A DNA stretch of 64,000 nucleotides from Octopus vulgaris (GCA_951406725.2 OX597826.1:71982001-72046000), one strand, 5' to 3'; shown: positions 13,963 to 27,321, numbered from the stretch's first letter. Program-made: numbers and translations. The notes: generated from the letters alone by a model not told the origin.

Positions 13963-15439
13963 ATTGGGTTTATATATTTATGGGAATATAGAGCTAACAA
14001 TGTTAATAACACCATTGAATTACAACCAGGACTGCTATTAAGGTTAATAAAGATTGGGGAGAGAGGAAGATGAAATCTGTAGATCACTGATTGACTAAGC
14101 TACCAAAGAGTCTTAGTAATAGCACTGGATGTTAACCGGTTGTGGTTATTGGCTTAGTAAGGAGGAGAGAGGATACTATATAGGTTACCGATTGACTAAC
14201 TGCGTTAGTAACACTGCTCAGTGTTAACTGGCAGTGGTACTGATACGTAAGAGGGAGCGGAAGGGAGACGGAGCGGAAGAAGTTGTATGGATTACTGATT
14301 GACTTTAGGATAAAACCTCAGCAAATAATCAATAAATAGTTTTTGTCTTCAATATATCTACATTGATTGTTTAACAAGATTCTTCTGAAAGGATTGGGTG
14401 TTGCCAATATTTTTATTGGTCTCTCTCTCTCTCTCTCTTTCAGTTTTGCCCTCGTGTTTTCCCTTGACTCCACCTACTCCCTACCACTTATTCTCTCCCC
14501 CTCTCTCTCTCTCTCTCTCTCTCAAGTTTCACCTCCTCCTCCCTTTCCAAGTTTCAGCCATCCTTTCTCTCAGTCTCCTCCCTCTACTCACTTTCATAGC
14601 TTCTTGTGCTTTGTTGTTGCTCTAGCACCCTCCTCTCTCTTCAAGTATCCCTACTTCTGTCTCCTCCAAAACTCATCCCTTCTCTCCTAGTTTCCCATTT
14701 TCCCAACTTCTCCCTCTCTCTCTCACACACACAGAGTATCTGCCGCAATAAACTATAATATTAACTTGTGGTAATTTCCATAATTAAAAAAAGCTAAGAA
14801 AAAATAACTCAAAAGGGACCAATGCCATGAAAATAAGTGAGAGACAGACATCTAGAGAGACAGAGAGCGTATTGAATACTCTAAATGATTTAGTTATTTG
14901 TCTTAATTTCTTTTAGCTTTAATTATGCAAATTACATTTGGTCAAGAATGTACAAATCTCTTTTTGGTATGTTAAATTATCTAACACTGATAAGATTTGA
15001 GTTAACAAACTGCTCTGCTGACAAAACACACATACATACACACACACATTATTATTCTGCTGTTCCCTAATCCACCATTTTTCTGTACTCCCAATCATCT
15101 CCCTACCCTCCACATCTCCAGCTTATGCATCCGTGGTCATCTCACACCCTTTATCCACTATTCACTACCATCTACCTTTCAACCTTACCCAATTTTTAAA
15201 ATTACTGCCTTCCTACCCTATCCTTAATCCATTCCCCATCTTGTCCCTAAACTTTTTTCCATCTCTCTTTATTCTCCTTGTTCCTTCCTTTCCAATACCA
15301 TTCCTCTTTTTCATTTTTCCGACAAAGGACTAATGTCCAAAATGTCAAGGACACTTTCCTTTTCTTTTCAAGAGTTAAACTAATAACACCATTGGGAAAA
15401 CTTGCCTTCTCTTGTGTTATTTTCGTGTTTTGGCTCATT

Positions 15440-15484
<45 letters not shown>

Positions 15485-15801
15485 TATATAAAATAACAGA
15501 CATATATATACACATATATAAAATAACAGATAACAGAGATTTATATCCAGTTTTATTCAGCAGTTAACTACTGCTGTTCATTTCTGCACCTATATATGTT
15601 TCTGCAGCAATTAATGCACACTGCAAAATTTGCATCTTTATATGGATTTACCAATGTCAAGTTAGACTGAGGTTAGTAAATCAAACTAACTGGAGTTTTT
15701 TTATCCTCTCACAAGCATTAGCTAGCATTAATTATTGGTAAAGCAACTATGGAACCCACTTGGATTCTATAGTCTTACCAACCAACTTTAAGAAATTTAT
15801 C

Positions 15802-15835
<34 letters not shown>

Positions 15836-15842
<7 letters not shown>

Positions 15843-15918
15843 GAAAGAAGGTTTGAAAATGCAATTTAAAAGATGTTACATCTTTTAAATTGCATTTTCA
15901 AACCTTCTTTCGTATATA
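15836..15918. repeat. Perfect palindrome, 41-bp arms with 1-nt spacer, abutting (TA)n
   Basis: tatatacgaaagaaggtttgaaaatgcaatttaaaagatgt-t-acatcttttaaattgcattttcaaaccttctttcgtatata. Confidence 0.97.
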
Positions 15919-15954
15919 ATTCCACATGTGCAGTACCCCACAACTCCACTTTGT

Positions 15955-16018
<64 letters not shown>

Positions 16019-16095
16019 CTAGACAGACAACAGACAGTGTGAGAGGGGTGGGTGGAAGGAAGATGGGAGGGGAGAGGGGAGAGAGAGGGAGAGAG

Positions 16096-16173
16096 GGAGA
16101 GATGGACGGAAGGGGAGAGATGGATGGAAGGGGAGAGATGGACGGAAGGGGAGAGATGGACGGAGGGGGAGAG
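16096..16173 (+). repeat. 18-bp minisatellite ggagagatggacggaagg, about 4 copies
   Basis: Direct reading. Confidence 0.9.
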
Positions 16174-16892
16174 ACAGGGTGGGAGAGAGAGTGACAGACA
16201 GACAGAGAGAGGGATAATTATTTAAAACTTGAGTACACACACACACACATACACACATACAAACACACACACACACAACATGAGCCTAATACGGTTTCGC
16301 TCAAAAGGCACTGCTCAAAATACTGCCCAGTGACTGAACCATAATGGTTCAGAAATGAATGTCCAAAGCACCAGATCACACACACACACACACGTGCATA
16401 CATGCACATGCACAAACACATTCACACACACACAACATGTACTTACATGGATGTCTATGCATGTGTGTGTGTGTGTGTGTGTGTAGAATACATAATGTAA
16501 AAGGAAATAAGCACACTGTATGCCTCACAGCTGGTTGTTGTTCATTAGCCTATCAATTAAATGGCCTGCACTAATTATTAGTAGAAAACACATGATATGA
16601 ACAGTTGACCCCTATTAGCTGATTGCCCATTACCTTATCAGCTTGGCTAATATTTGAGGTTTATGTGCATGTGTGCATACAATTACATACATACATCATA
16701 CATACACACATACGTTTATGTGTGTGTGTGTGTATATATATATATACACATATACATATATATGTTTATATATATATATATATGCACACATGTATTTGTT
16801 TATATATATATATAAACACACACACACATTTATATATATATTTCTATATACACACACATATGTACATATATATATATATATACACATATACA

Positions 16893-16938
<46 letters not shown>

Positions 16939-17380
16939 CATATATATATACACACACAATCATACATGCAGATGAGATTTTTCTATTACCATGTGCGCGT
17001 GCATGCGTGTGTGTGTATAAAAATGAAGATGATGGTATCATCGTGTCCCAGACATCCAGCCACAGCACTTTGACCATAAATCTTGTTTGATTATGACTGA
17101 CATGGCATTAAACAACAAATACATTTGATTTGAGATCTGCTGGTTCAGAACTAAGCAGAGACTAAACAACTCGGTCACGGCCAAAACACATTTGATCCTA
17201 GGTTTGCTGGCTCAGGACTGATTTTGAGTTGAGCAACCACAGCTCTTTGGTTCATATAGCTGACAGATCAGAACTGGGCTACGGTCAAACAACAACAACA
17301 TGGTCAAAGATGTAAGACTTTATATCATAGATCTCCTGGTTCAGAAGTGACCTGATTATCTGGGTTTAAGTATTCCATAT

Positions 17381-17549
17381 TGTTGTGTCAACACCCCCAG
17401 ACGATGAAGTAGGCTAGCCCAATACGTAGATATAGAGGGAGAAGTCTAGACGTCAGGAGTTGAGTAGAGGTCATCCGAACGTGCGATATAACAGTGGCGA
17501 TGAAGATTTCGTAGCTCACACAGCCACTGTGTAGTATTGCGACATAACA
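17381..17549. mobile_element. Short solo LTR (169 bp)
   Basis: TG...CA termini with inverted ends tgttgtgtc / gacataaca; perfect 5-bp TSD catat (17376-17380, 17550-17554); CpG-rich relative to flanks. Confidence 0.75.
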
Positions 17550-17555
17550 CATATA

Positions 17556-17714
17556 TGCGCAGGCATGTTTGTTGTGCAAGAACTTTGCTTCCCAACTACA
17601 TGGTTCCAAGTTCAGTCCCGCCGTGTGGCACTTTAAGCAAGTGTCTTCTACTATAGTCTCGTGCAGACCAAAGCCTTGCGAGTGGATTTGGTGGGTGGAA
17701 ACTGAAAGAAACCA

Positions 17715-17778
<64 letters not shown>

Positions 17779-17996
17779 TGTGTTTGTGTCTGTGTGTGAT
17801 GTTTGTCCCCACCATCGTTTGACACCTGGCATTGGTTTGTTTACATCCTCATAACTTAGCAGCTGAGTAAAAGAAACTGATAGAATAAGTATCAAGCTTA
17901 AAAGCAATAAGTACTGGAGTCAATTTTTTTGACTAAAATTCCTGAAGGCAATGCCCCAGCATGACCACAGTCTAAAGACTGAAACAAGTGTAAGAT
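17556..17996 (+). mobile_element. SINE family B with expanded internal (TG)n
   Basis: Colinear with 38638-39050. Confidence 0.88.
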
Positions 17997-19156
17997 AGAT
18001 GATAAAAAACACTGATGTAGACCTAGATTCATTGGGAATGTCATGACTGGAATGCCTATGAATATAAGTCTGCAAGATATGGACTGACTTGGAGCTAAAA
18101 AATCACACTACACATCACACAGATGTACTCCTAAATACACTTTGGTCAGACCTTTTATCAAAGGTCTGCTCAGTCAAAGTTGATCCAAGTTAAACAAGAA
18201 TAATAATACACAGCACACCACACTAATGTAATCCAAGATACACTATGGTCATAGCTTTAATACCTTTCATCATAGGCCAGCTGTGTCAGGACTAGTCTGG
18301 AGCTAAACAACAACACACACACTGATGTAGTCCAAGATACATTAAGGTCAGAGCTTTAATACTTTTCATTATAGGTCAGCTAGATCAGGACTAGCCTGGA
18401 ATTAAACAGCAACACACACACTGATGTAGTCCTAGATACACTATCACTTTGGTGGTAACAGTTTTGATCATAAGTCCATTGACTTTGAGCAGGCCTAGGA
18501 TGAAACAACAATAAGGACACTACAGCACACTATATCACACAACACAAGTGTAGTCTTTGATACACTTGATCATGGTTGTAACATTTTAGATCATAAGACT
18601 ATTGGATGAAGGCTGACCTAAGGATAAATATCAACAACTATAACAAAGACAGTGATGACGACAATATGACGACAATGGCAACAACAACAACAACACGGAT
18701 GACATCTAGAATAATAAAAATGACTTAAAAAATAGAGAAATAAATATGAAGTGAAAATGCAAAATGTCAGTATTGAGAGAAGAGTTCTGTTGTTGAGATA
18801 TGATTGTTGAAGAAATCAATACTTTATAACTGTGAAGTCTGACCTAGAATGGATTAGTCAAATACACCTGATGTTTACCTCATCATTACACCTGTTGCAT
18901 AGGATTTAACAAGAGAACTTTTGTATCGACAATTCTTAAACTGGGAGGAAATATCCCACTGAAGTGAAATTTGGAGATTCCGGTGAAGAAATAAACTTTT
19001 AGGTTGAAAATATTTTCACATTGTTTCCATAAGATTTATTTTCTTTAATATTGATTATAAAGAGGTTAATGTTGGATTAATACAAAGCTATTAATACAGT
19101 TACGTTTATATATTTGTTTTGCAAGATTCTTGATGTGAAATCGTGTGTTGAAACAG

Positions 19157-19319
19157 ATGTTGTTGTATTCAGGAATAGTCATTTTGCCAGTTTAGCCAAA
19201 ATAGGATTAAGATTAATGTAAAAAATAAATAAAGCTGAAGCAAATTAACACCAAATATATAGTGCGTGTGTTTTTATTGGCTAAACTGGCAAAATGACCA
19301 TTCCTAAATACAACAACAT
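19157..19319. repeat. Inverted repeat, 43-bp arms, spacer about 77 bp
   Basis: atgttgttgtattcaggaatagtcattttgccagtttagccaa vs ttggctaaactggcaaaatgaccattcctaaatacaacaacat. Confidence 0.92.
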
Positions 19320-19590
19320 ATTAATACAGAGTATCTCATAATGAAGGGACACATTTTAAATGCAAGTAACTAAGACTGGAACAACCATATTTATTGAGTA
19401 AAGTGTGTCATGCAAAATCAAGGTAAAAGAGTTCATAATAATGTTCAAGGTTTGCGTATCACACCTGTAACAAGAATATTTAGCAATCAGATCATTATAC
19501 TCGATGTCACAATTCACTAGAATATTTCCTACATCATAAAAAAACAATCTGACCAATCAAGACTTTGCATGGAATCAGCACCAACAACAA

Positions 19591-19965
19591 GTGGAGGCGC
19601 AATGGCCCAATGCTTAGGGCAGCAGACTCGAGATCGGAGGATCACGGTTTCAATTCCCAGACCGGGCGTTGTGTGTGTTTATTGAGCAAAAACACCTAAA
19701 GATCCATGAGGCTCTGGCAGAGGGTGGTGGCGACCCCTGTTGTACTCTTTCGCCCCAACTTTCTCTCACTCTTCCTTCCTGTTTCTTGTCCCCGACTTCC
19801 TACGCAACCGCTGAGCCTGGATGCGCATTCATCCATCCGTCGATGCTCTCGGTGTCGGGGGTTGACCTGCTTTCTCTTCTGCGGGTCTTACGAATAGCAA
19901 AGGACCACATTTCGGACTTCTCCCACTGGGACGAAGACTGCTACACTCAACAGCAACAGCAACAG
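19591..19965 (+). mobile_element. tRNA-derived SINE family D, tail type 1
   Basis: A-box-like tggcccaatgc and B-box-like gtttcaattcc; (CAG/CAA)n tail; 15-bp TSD cagcaccaacaacaa (19576-19590, 19966-19980). Confidence 0.9.
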
Positions 19966-20999
19966 CAGCACCAACAACAATTTCATCTATGGAACCATTC
20001 CAACTGAGCCAAACCACCATTATATATATATTCAGTGCAGCTAAATCCTCTGACAACAAATGGCTGATGGCAGCTGACCTCAGTGCTGCACCAACTCAAA
20101 GGCAGTGAACAGACAGTGAATGAGAGACATCTGAAGACAGTAGCACAACCAGTGGCTAACCACAATGGACGAGTGGCAACAGCAACAAATAATGACCAGC
20201 TTACATTATGACTGCTGTTACAATTGCACCGATCCAGGAACAATAATTTTCAATTCTCTCAAGGTTTTGTCATTCATAGTAATGACATCTTTTTGTTTAT
20301 GAACAGAATAAATATTATCTTATCTAAAATCCCAAATAGATATCAGTGTTCTATATCATAATATCGTTTAGGTGGTTACCCCTGCCAAACAAATGTTCTA
20401 GGGTTCTTCCTTTCATGATCACTACAGTACAGTGCAACACACCACCAGCAGGAATGGCCCCTATCTTCCTCCAAATTCTTTGTTTTTTTAAGATGTGTTG
20501 GGTTTCTCGGTGCTCCAGCATGGCCACAGCCTTCGGGCTGAAACATTTTTAAGGATTTTAAGGATTTATACATTCTTTTTCTCCAGGTACTCCACAAGAA
20601 ATAGGCCAGTGGATGTAGTTCTGATGAATGGAATGGTCAGTGAATATCACTGAATCAGGAAATGAGGCGTCCAGAGAATCGTTGTAGAAGTATTTGCCAT
20701 TGGCAGTCATGCCTTATAATTAGGGGCACCGTCATTTGAAACATGGGCTAAGAATCCACAATCTTGTAAGTTACAAATAAAATGTGATCCAACGTTATGA
20801 AACACTTTGTACCAAATAAGACTACTTTCTTTATATCATAATTGCATGTAGTGGGGGTGACCTAGATTGTGAACTGATAAAGGGGAGGAAAAAGGGGTTA
20901 GACACTGATTTGTGTGGTCCTTCAACTTGCTAGAAATAGAAGAAACAGAACTATTTTAAAAGGAAATGATACACATTGGGTAATGTTTTTCTAGATATA

Positions 21000-21372
21000 A
21001 GAGCACCATCCGAGCGTGATCATTGCCAGAGCGGCTATCTGGCCTCTATGCCAGTAGCATGTAAAAGACACCATTTGAGCGTGATCGTTACCAGCATCGC
21101 CTTACTGGCACCTGTGCCAGGTGGCATGTGTAAAAACATTCGAGCGATGTCGTTGCCAGTACCGCCTGACTGGCCCCATGCTGGTGGCACGTAAAAGCAC
21201 CCACTACATTCTTGGAGTGGTTGGCGTTAGGAAGAGCATTCAGCTGTAGAAACTCTGCCAGATCAAGATTGGAGCCTGGTGCAGCCATCTGGTTCGCCAG
21301 ACCTCAGTCAAATCGTCCAACCCATGCTAGCATGGAAAGCGGACGTTAAACGATGATGATGATGATGATGAT
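21000..21372 (+). mobile_element. Retroposon family C (internal repeats of about 60 bp; 3' end ggaaagcggacgttaaac followed by (GAT)n)
   Basis: Copies or fragments at 24768-24970(-), 25864-25915(-), 27430-27590, 27958-28150, 35298-35597, 42777-43066(-), 53776-54232(-), 54775-55110, 55781-55840 and 57300-57517(-). Confidence 0.9.
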
Positions 21373-21736
21373 TATGATGAATCCTACAAGATGGTATTGT
21401 CTTTGCCAGAAGGATTTTGATCATTGATCAAACATAACCTGTAGATATACACAGTATGGCATCATACATATACACTTAGTGAGTATGACATCATACATAC
21501 ATACAGGATCTCAATATGACATTATACATACTCTCAGCAGATGATCTTGATATCATACACACACACACACACACACACTTACTTAAGCCTTTTATTTCCT
21601 ATGGAACATAAGCCATTTTCACAACTTTTATTCACTTTTCTTGATTCTGGGTTATTTTTTCTCTCTCAGGATTTGTTGCTTTCAAATTGTCATCAATGCT
21701 TCTGCAACCCTGCTTTTTTCTAGGTAGGGGTATTGG

Positions 21737-22391
21737 CTGTGCTGGATTAACCATTAAGCAAAATACACACATGCTTAACTCTTTCTTTACTGAATTTATT
21801 TTGAGATTCTCTGTTTTTCTCTCAATTATTTTAAATATAACAAAGAATTTAGTAAAATAACTTGGTTATCATTAAGTTAGTGTTAGGAACATTAATTGTG
21901 ACTAAGGTTTGGTGAAAGATTTTAATTCAAAACTTATGAAAACAAGACATTTGTACTACAGAGCTAGGGCCGGTTTTAGCCGGGTTAGTAATGAAAGGGG
22001 TAAAGCATCAAGAGGTGGGGGCACCATAGAAATGGTAAATCATTTATGGCACAAAAGAAATCACTTTAAACTTGTTTAAATATTATTCAGTATGCCTTAT
22101 CTCTACTAAGTATAGAAGCAGATGAGTTACATTAGATTAATTTTGAGGATTTGATCAAAGTCTTTGCAATTATGAAAACTAAGAAAAAAACACTTTTCAA
22201 ATATAAATAAAGTGGAAGTATACAAAAATAAATATTATTTTCCCTCTTTCTGATAGTTTGTTTTCATTTTGAAAAATTAAAGACTATTTTATAGTTTCTT
22301 ATTGTTTATATTTTGAGTTGCATATACAGGGACACCAAAATCTTTGACGAACCAAGGGCCTCTATGGCTCTAAATTCTAAATCCAGCCCTG
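21737..22391. mobile_element. hAT-type MITE containing a nested piggyBac-type MITE
   Basis: Termini ctgtgctggatt / aatccagccctg; imperfect 8-bp TSD ggtattgg / agtgttgg; same family as 38524-39325 in opposite orientation. Confidence 0.7.
21779..21999 (+). mobile_element. piggyBac-type MITE, family E
   Basis: TTAA at 21775-21778; colinear with 5589-5809. Confidence 0.85.
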
Positions 22392-23243
22392 AGTGTTGGC
22401 CCTATGCAAACCCCTTTTACTACTAGTTTGGCCTCTCTCTTTTGGCCTGTACATTATGGGATTCCCTACAAGGAGCTTGTCCTCGGCTGACATAACTCTC
22501 AGGGTCATTGAGACACGCAAGCCATCACACCACAATGAAGACTGGAACTCGTGTTTATACACGCAGTAGGTGATTATGACACTGTAAGTATACACACTGC
22601 CACTTGTGGTTGTACAATGTAGATGATTGTGGAAGAAAGCCAAATAGAAATGGTGAATATGATGGTAGAAAGACTATTTATTCCAGATGTTCTATAGAAA
22701 GTCTGGCTAGTCTTTCAGAAACATAAAGCGAGAGATAGAAGAGAGAGAGAGAGAGGCGACAAAGAAGATGAACAACAATGAAAATAACAACAGCAAAAAG
22801 TTTAGAAAAGAAGAATATCTTCTCCAAGACCAGCATGACTGGCTCAGTAACAGCGCTGGAAGCAAAGAGACTGACACAAACACACAGTGAAGCAACCAAG
22901 AAATCTTGTTTCACACACGTGCACACACACACACACAGACACATATACACACACACATATACATACGCACGTGCATTTAAATGGCACAAATTGTACATCA
23001 GAAGCAAACGGAGAAGAACCCAGATAACAACACAGATTTGTGGCTTTGTCTGGCATTGTGGGCATCACATGATAAAGAAATACAGGCGGGTAAGGTCTTA
23101 TACTGGGGGACAAACTTGTCCGACCCATAACAGCATGGAAAAAAAAAATCATCGAGTGTATGGTGATGATGTTGATGATGATGATGACAGGTGTGTGCAT
23201 GTTTATACATACATACACACACACATGCATATATGTGTATATG

Positions 23244-23288
<45 letters not shown>

Positions 23289-23310
23289 ATACATATATAT
23301 ACATATATAC

Positions 23311-23359
<49 letters not shown>

Positions 23360-23376
23360 CATACATATATACAATC

Positions 23377-23427
<51 letters not shown>

Positions 23428-23428
23428 C

Positions 23429-23482
<54 letters not shown>

Positions 23483-23585
23483 GCACACAAAAGAACATAA
23501 AACAAAGTAACATATAGCAAAAGCAACTTGTAAAAAAAAATCCACATCTCTTTCCTTAATCTTAATCTGTCTAAATCTGTGATTT

Positions 23586-23620
<35 letters not shown>

Positions 23621-23800
23621 GAGGGTGTGGAAGAGGAGGTGGGGTGGGGAGAGAGTATATTCATGACAGACCTAATCTAGTTTTCAAACCATCTCATGTT
23701 TATTGTATAATGAGATGTTGTTCAATTTACTCAGTATATTGTCCAGTTCTGAGAGTGGACAGATACAAGAGCAACAACAAACGCTACCACCACCACCACA

Positions 23801-23892
<92 letters not shown>

Positions 23893-23942
23893 CATACTAC
23901 CACCACCACCGCCATGCAAAACTTATATAAAACAGATACATA

Positions 23943-23998
<56 letters not shown>

Positions 23999-25000
23999 TA
24001 CATATACACATATACATACACATGTGTGAGTTCTCTGATTGTTTATCTATTCTGACAGAAACTGTAACAGATGGTTGATGTAAAGAATATATATATATAT
24101 ATATATATATACATACACATATGTATATGGATATATACACACACACACACACACATATATATATACATATAGATATAGCTATATATGTATGTATATATGT
24201 GTGTGTGTGTATATGTACATATACATATATAACACACACATTTGTGTCTGTATATGTACATGAAAATAACATATATTCATACACACGTTTTGTGTGTGTG
24301 AGTGAGTGTGTGTGTGTGAGTGAGTGTGTGTGTGTGTGTGTGTGTGTTGTCCATTATACATTGACTCAATCCTGGTGACACTTAAAAGAAAGAAAAGATG
24401 AAATGGATCGTCTGTGACTGTGGAGGACTTGTAATGATGTCATTGGTGCAAAACTAAAAATATTTTAATCAATAACAATGTAAATCTATAATGTAGATTT
24501 GCTTTCTATAACACACACACACACGCACACACACACACACACACAAGGGCGAGAGAACTAGGCATGGCTGTGTGGTTTAGAGGTTTACTTTGCAGCCATG
24601 AGTTTTCAGGTTCAATCCCAGTGCATTGCACTATGGGCAAGTGTCTTCTGCTGTAATCTGCTTCGTTAATCAATGTCTTGTGGATGAAATGTGGCAGAAG
24701 GAAATTGGACGGCAATTTGGTGCATAAATATATCCATACATAATATATATATATATATATATATATATCATCATCATCATCATCGTTGTCGTTGTTGTCG
24801 TTTAACATCTGCTTTCCATGCTGGCATGGGTTGGATGGTTTGACTGAGGGCTGGCAAGCCAGAAGGCTGCACCAGGCTCCAATCTGATCTAGCAAAGTTT
24901 CTACAGCTGGATGCCCTTCCTAACACCAACCACTCCAAGAGTGTAGTGGGTGCTTTTACATGCCACCGGCTCGATGTCCAGTCATATATATGTATATATA

Positions 25001-25065
<65 letters not shown>

Positions 25066-25200
25066 CTAAAAGTAATTTTAGAGACAGAACCACCTTCAAC
25101 TCAATCAACACTGAAAGGTTTTATCCCCACCACTCCATAAAATGTTAAAAATTATATCTTATACTAACTATATCTATTCTGAATCCTGTATTTTTCGTTT

Positions 25201-25465
25201 ATAAGACTACACGTGTTTTATGAAAGTACGTTGGTATTGATTAGATACGAGGTATCTAGTTTTAATACTTACTCGGGTCGACATACTCCTAATCTTCAGG
25301 TCTGGATTCCACAACATCTTTCACAACTCCTATCTCTTATATACTTTCAGAAAACACGTGTAGTCTTACATAGCAGTCAAAACCTGACTCTAAAACCACA
25401 TCAAGTATTCAATAGAGCACAATTGAATACTTGATGCGGTTTTAGAGTCAGGTTTTAACTATTAT
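25201..25465. repeat. Two adjacent inverted repeats
   Basis: 25201-25228 vs 25342-25369 (taagactacacgtgtttt-tgaaagta); hairpin 25370-25465 with 44-bp arms and 8-nt loop agagcaca. Confidence 0.9.
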
Positions 25466-25512
25466 TTCAAGCATGGTGGTATCTCTTAGATACCCTTATT
25501 TATAATTTTATG

Positions 25513-25570
<58 letters not shown>

Positions 25571-25914
25571 TATGTATGTATATATGTATATACGTATGTA
25601 TCTATGGATGGGTGTATCTTTGTGTCTGTGTTGTCCCTACCGTCACTGCTTGACAATCAGTGTTGGTGTGTTTTAATTTCCCATAACTTAGCAGGTTAGC
25701 AAAAGAGAACGACAGAATAAGTACTTGGCTTAAAAAAATAAGTTCTGGGGTGGAGTGGGGCAATTTGTTCAACTAAAAACAACCCTTCTATGTGGTGTTC
25801 CAGCATAGCTACAGTCAAATGACGGAAGCCATTAAAAGAATAAAAGAAAACAGAATTATATATATCATCATCATCACTTAACGTCCGCTTTCCATGCTAG
25901 CATGGGTTGGACGG

Positions 25915-25978
<64 letters not shown>

Positions 25979-25983
<5 letters not shown>

Positions 25984-26161
25984 TAATCCAAACAAGAAAG
26001 CACAAAAAAGCACAACAACACGAGGACATGGAACAAATATAGTATTATTGGACGCTCAGGAAAGAAGGAAAGAAGGAGGGTTTAACGTTTCGAGCGGAGC
26101 TCTTCATCGGAAACATAGGAGAAGGAAAGATCCAGAGAAGGGAAGACAGAGGGAAAAAAAA

Positions 26162-26164
<3 letters not shown>
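25979..26164 (-). mobile_element. (TA)n-embedded short element carrying a minimal hammerhead motif (Penelope-like terminal repeat candidate)
   Basis: Complex-sequence insert flanked on both sides by (TA)n; motif at 26080-26114. Confidence 0.65.
26080..26114 (-). ncRNA. Minimal type I hammerhead-like motif (CCGATGA core variant)
   Basis: Minus strand gttt-CCGATGA-a-gagc-tcc-gctc-GAAA-cg-tt-aaac; stems I and II perfect, palindromic AACGTT stem III. Confidence 0.65.
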
Positions 26165-26204
<40 letters not shown>

Positions 26205-26405
26205 GATATATAGATAGATAGATAGATAGATAGATGGATACATTATATAAGTTAGGGTAAATCCCAGCTGTTTCCTCATGAAACTCATCTGCTTATTCCA
26301 ATATTACAATCAATATGTACTCATAGTTGCATATGAGTCAAAATACATATTAAAATTGAGATTTATGGAAAAACTAATTGCTGAGTTAATTCATGATAAA
26401 ATCAG

Positions 26406-26672
26406 AAAGTGGAAACTTTTTGGTATCGTTTGTTCTCCATAACAAATATTTCATTTGCCAATAGGAACCACAAAGATTTACATGTTAGCCAGGCATGTAA
26501 AGAATTTCCTATCGAAAACTCTTCAGATAAAGAACAATTATAATACCTTTATCTGAAGAGTTTCTGTTAGGAAATTCTTTACATGCCTATCTAAGATGTA
26601 AATCTATGTAATTCCTATTAGCAAACGAAACATGTGTAATGTAGAATAAATAATACCAAAAGATTTCCATTT
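26406..26672. repeat. Fold-back palindrome, arms about 125 bp, loop about 15 nt
   Basis: aggcatgtaaagaatttccta...aaactcttcagataaag mirrored by ctttatctgaagagttt...taggaaattctttacatgcct. Confidence 0.93.
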
Positions 26673-26685
26673 TCCTATATTATTA

Positions 26686-26880
26686 TATTCTTTTATTTGT
26701 TTCAGTCATTTGACTGCGGCCATGCTGGAACACTGCCTTTTAGTCAAGCAAATCGATCCCATGACTTATTCTTTGTAAGCCTAGTACTTATTCTATGGGT
26801 CTCTTTTGCCGAACCGCTAAGTTACGGGGACGTAAACACAAGCGATGTTGGGGGACAAACACAGACACACAAACATATAT

Positions 26881-26939
<59 letters not shown>

Positions 26940-27100
26940 ACGGGCTTCTTTCAGTTTCCGTCTACCAAATCCACTCACAAGGCTTTGGTCAGCCTGAGTC
27001 TATAGTAGAAGACACTTGCCCAAGGTGCCACGCAGTGGGACTGAACTTGGAACCATGTGGTTCGTAAGCAAGCTACTTACTACACAGCCACTCCTGCACC
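26686..27100 (-). mobile_element. SINE family B, near full length
   Basis: Reverse complement of 38638-39050; internal (TA)n. Confidence 0.92.
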
Positions 27101-27287
27101 TACAAATATATATATATATATGCATATGTATTATTTAAAGCCAGTTTGATACAGCCCCTGTAACAAGCATATGAATCTTTGAGTTTCATGGGGCTGAGTC
27201 CAAATATTTTAGATAAAATGTGTCTCCTACAAAATGTGTTAGTGCCTCTTTCTTACTTTTGTCCACTCACCTGTGTGTGTGTGTGTA

Positions 27288-27321
<34 letters not shown>

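Larger units (their letters stand above)
17040..18640 (+). repeat. Degenerate tandem array of an old retroposon 3' tail (family H), interrupted by a solo LTR and a SINE
   Basis: About ten variants of ttgatcataggtctgct-gatcaggactgacctggggctaaacaacaac; single copies near 12720(-), 35100(-), 55320, 56420 and 57900. Confidence 0.65.

Noticed and set aside
20587-20720. Acceptor-like ttctttttctccag with a downstream CTGATGA
   Set aside because: All three frames stop within about 70 nt and hammerhead stems do not form
22584-22855. Minus-strand acceptors followed by hydrophobic peptides
   Set aside because: Several competing AGs and frames; hydrophobicity follows from T-rich low complexity, so no exon can be singled out
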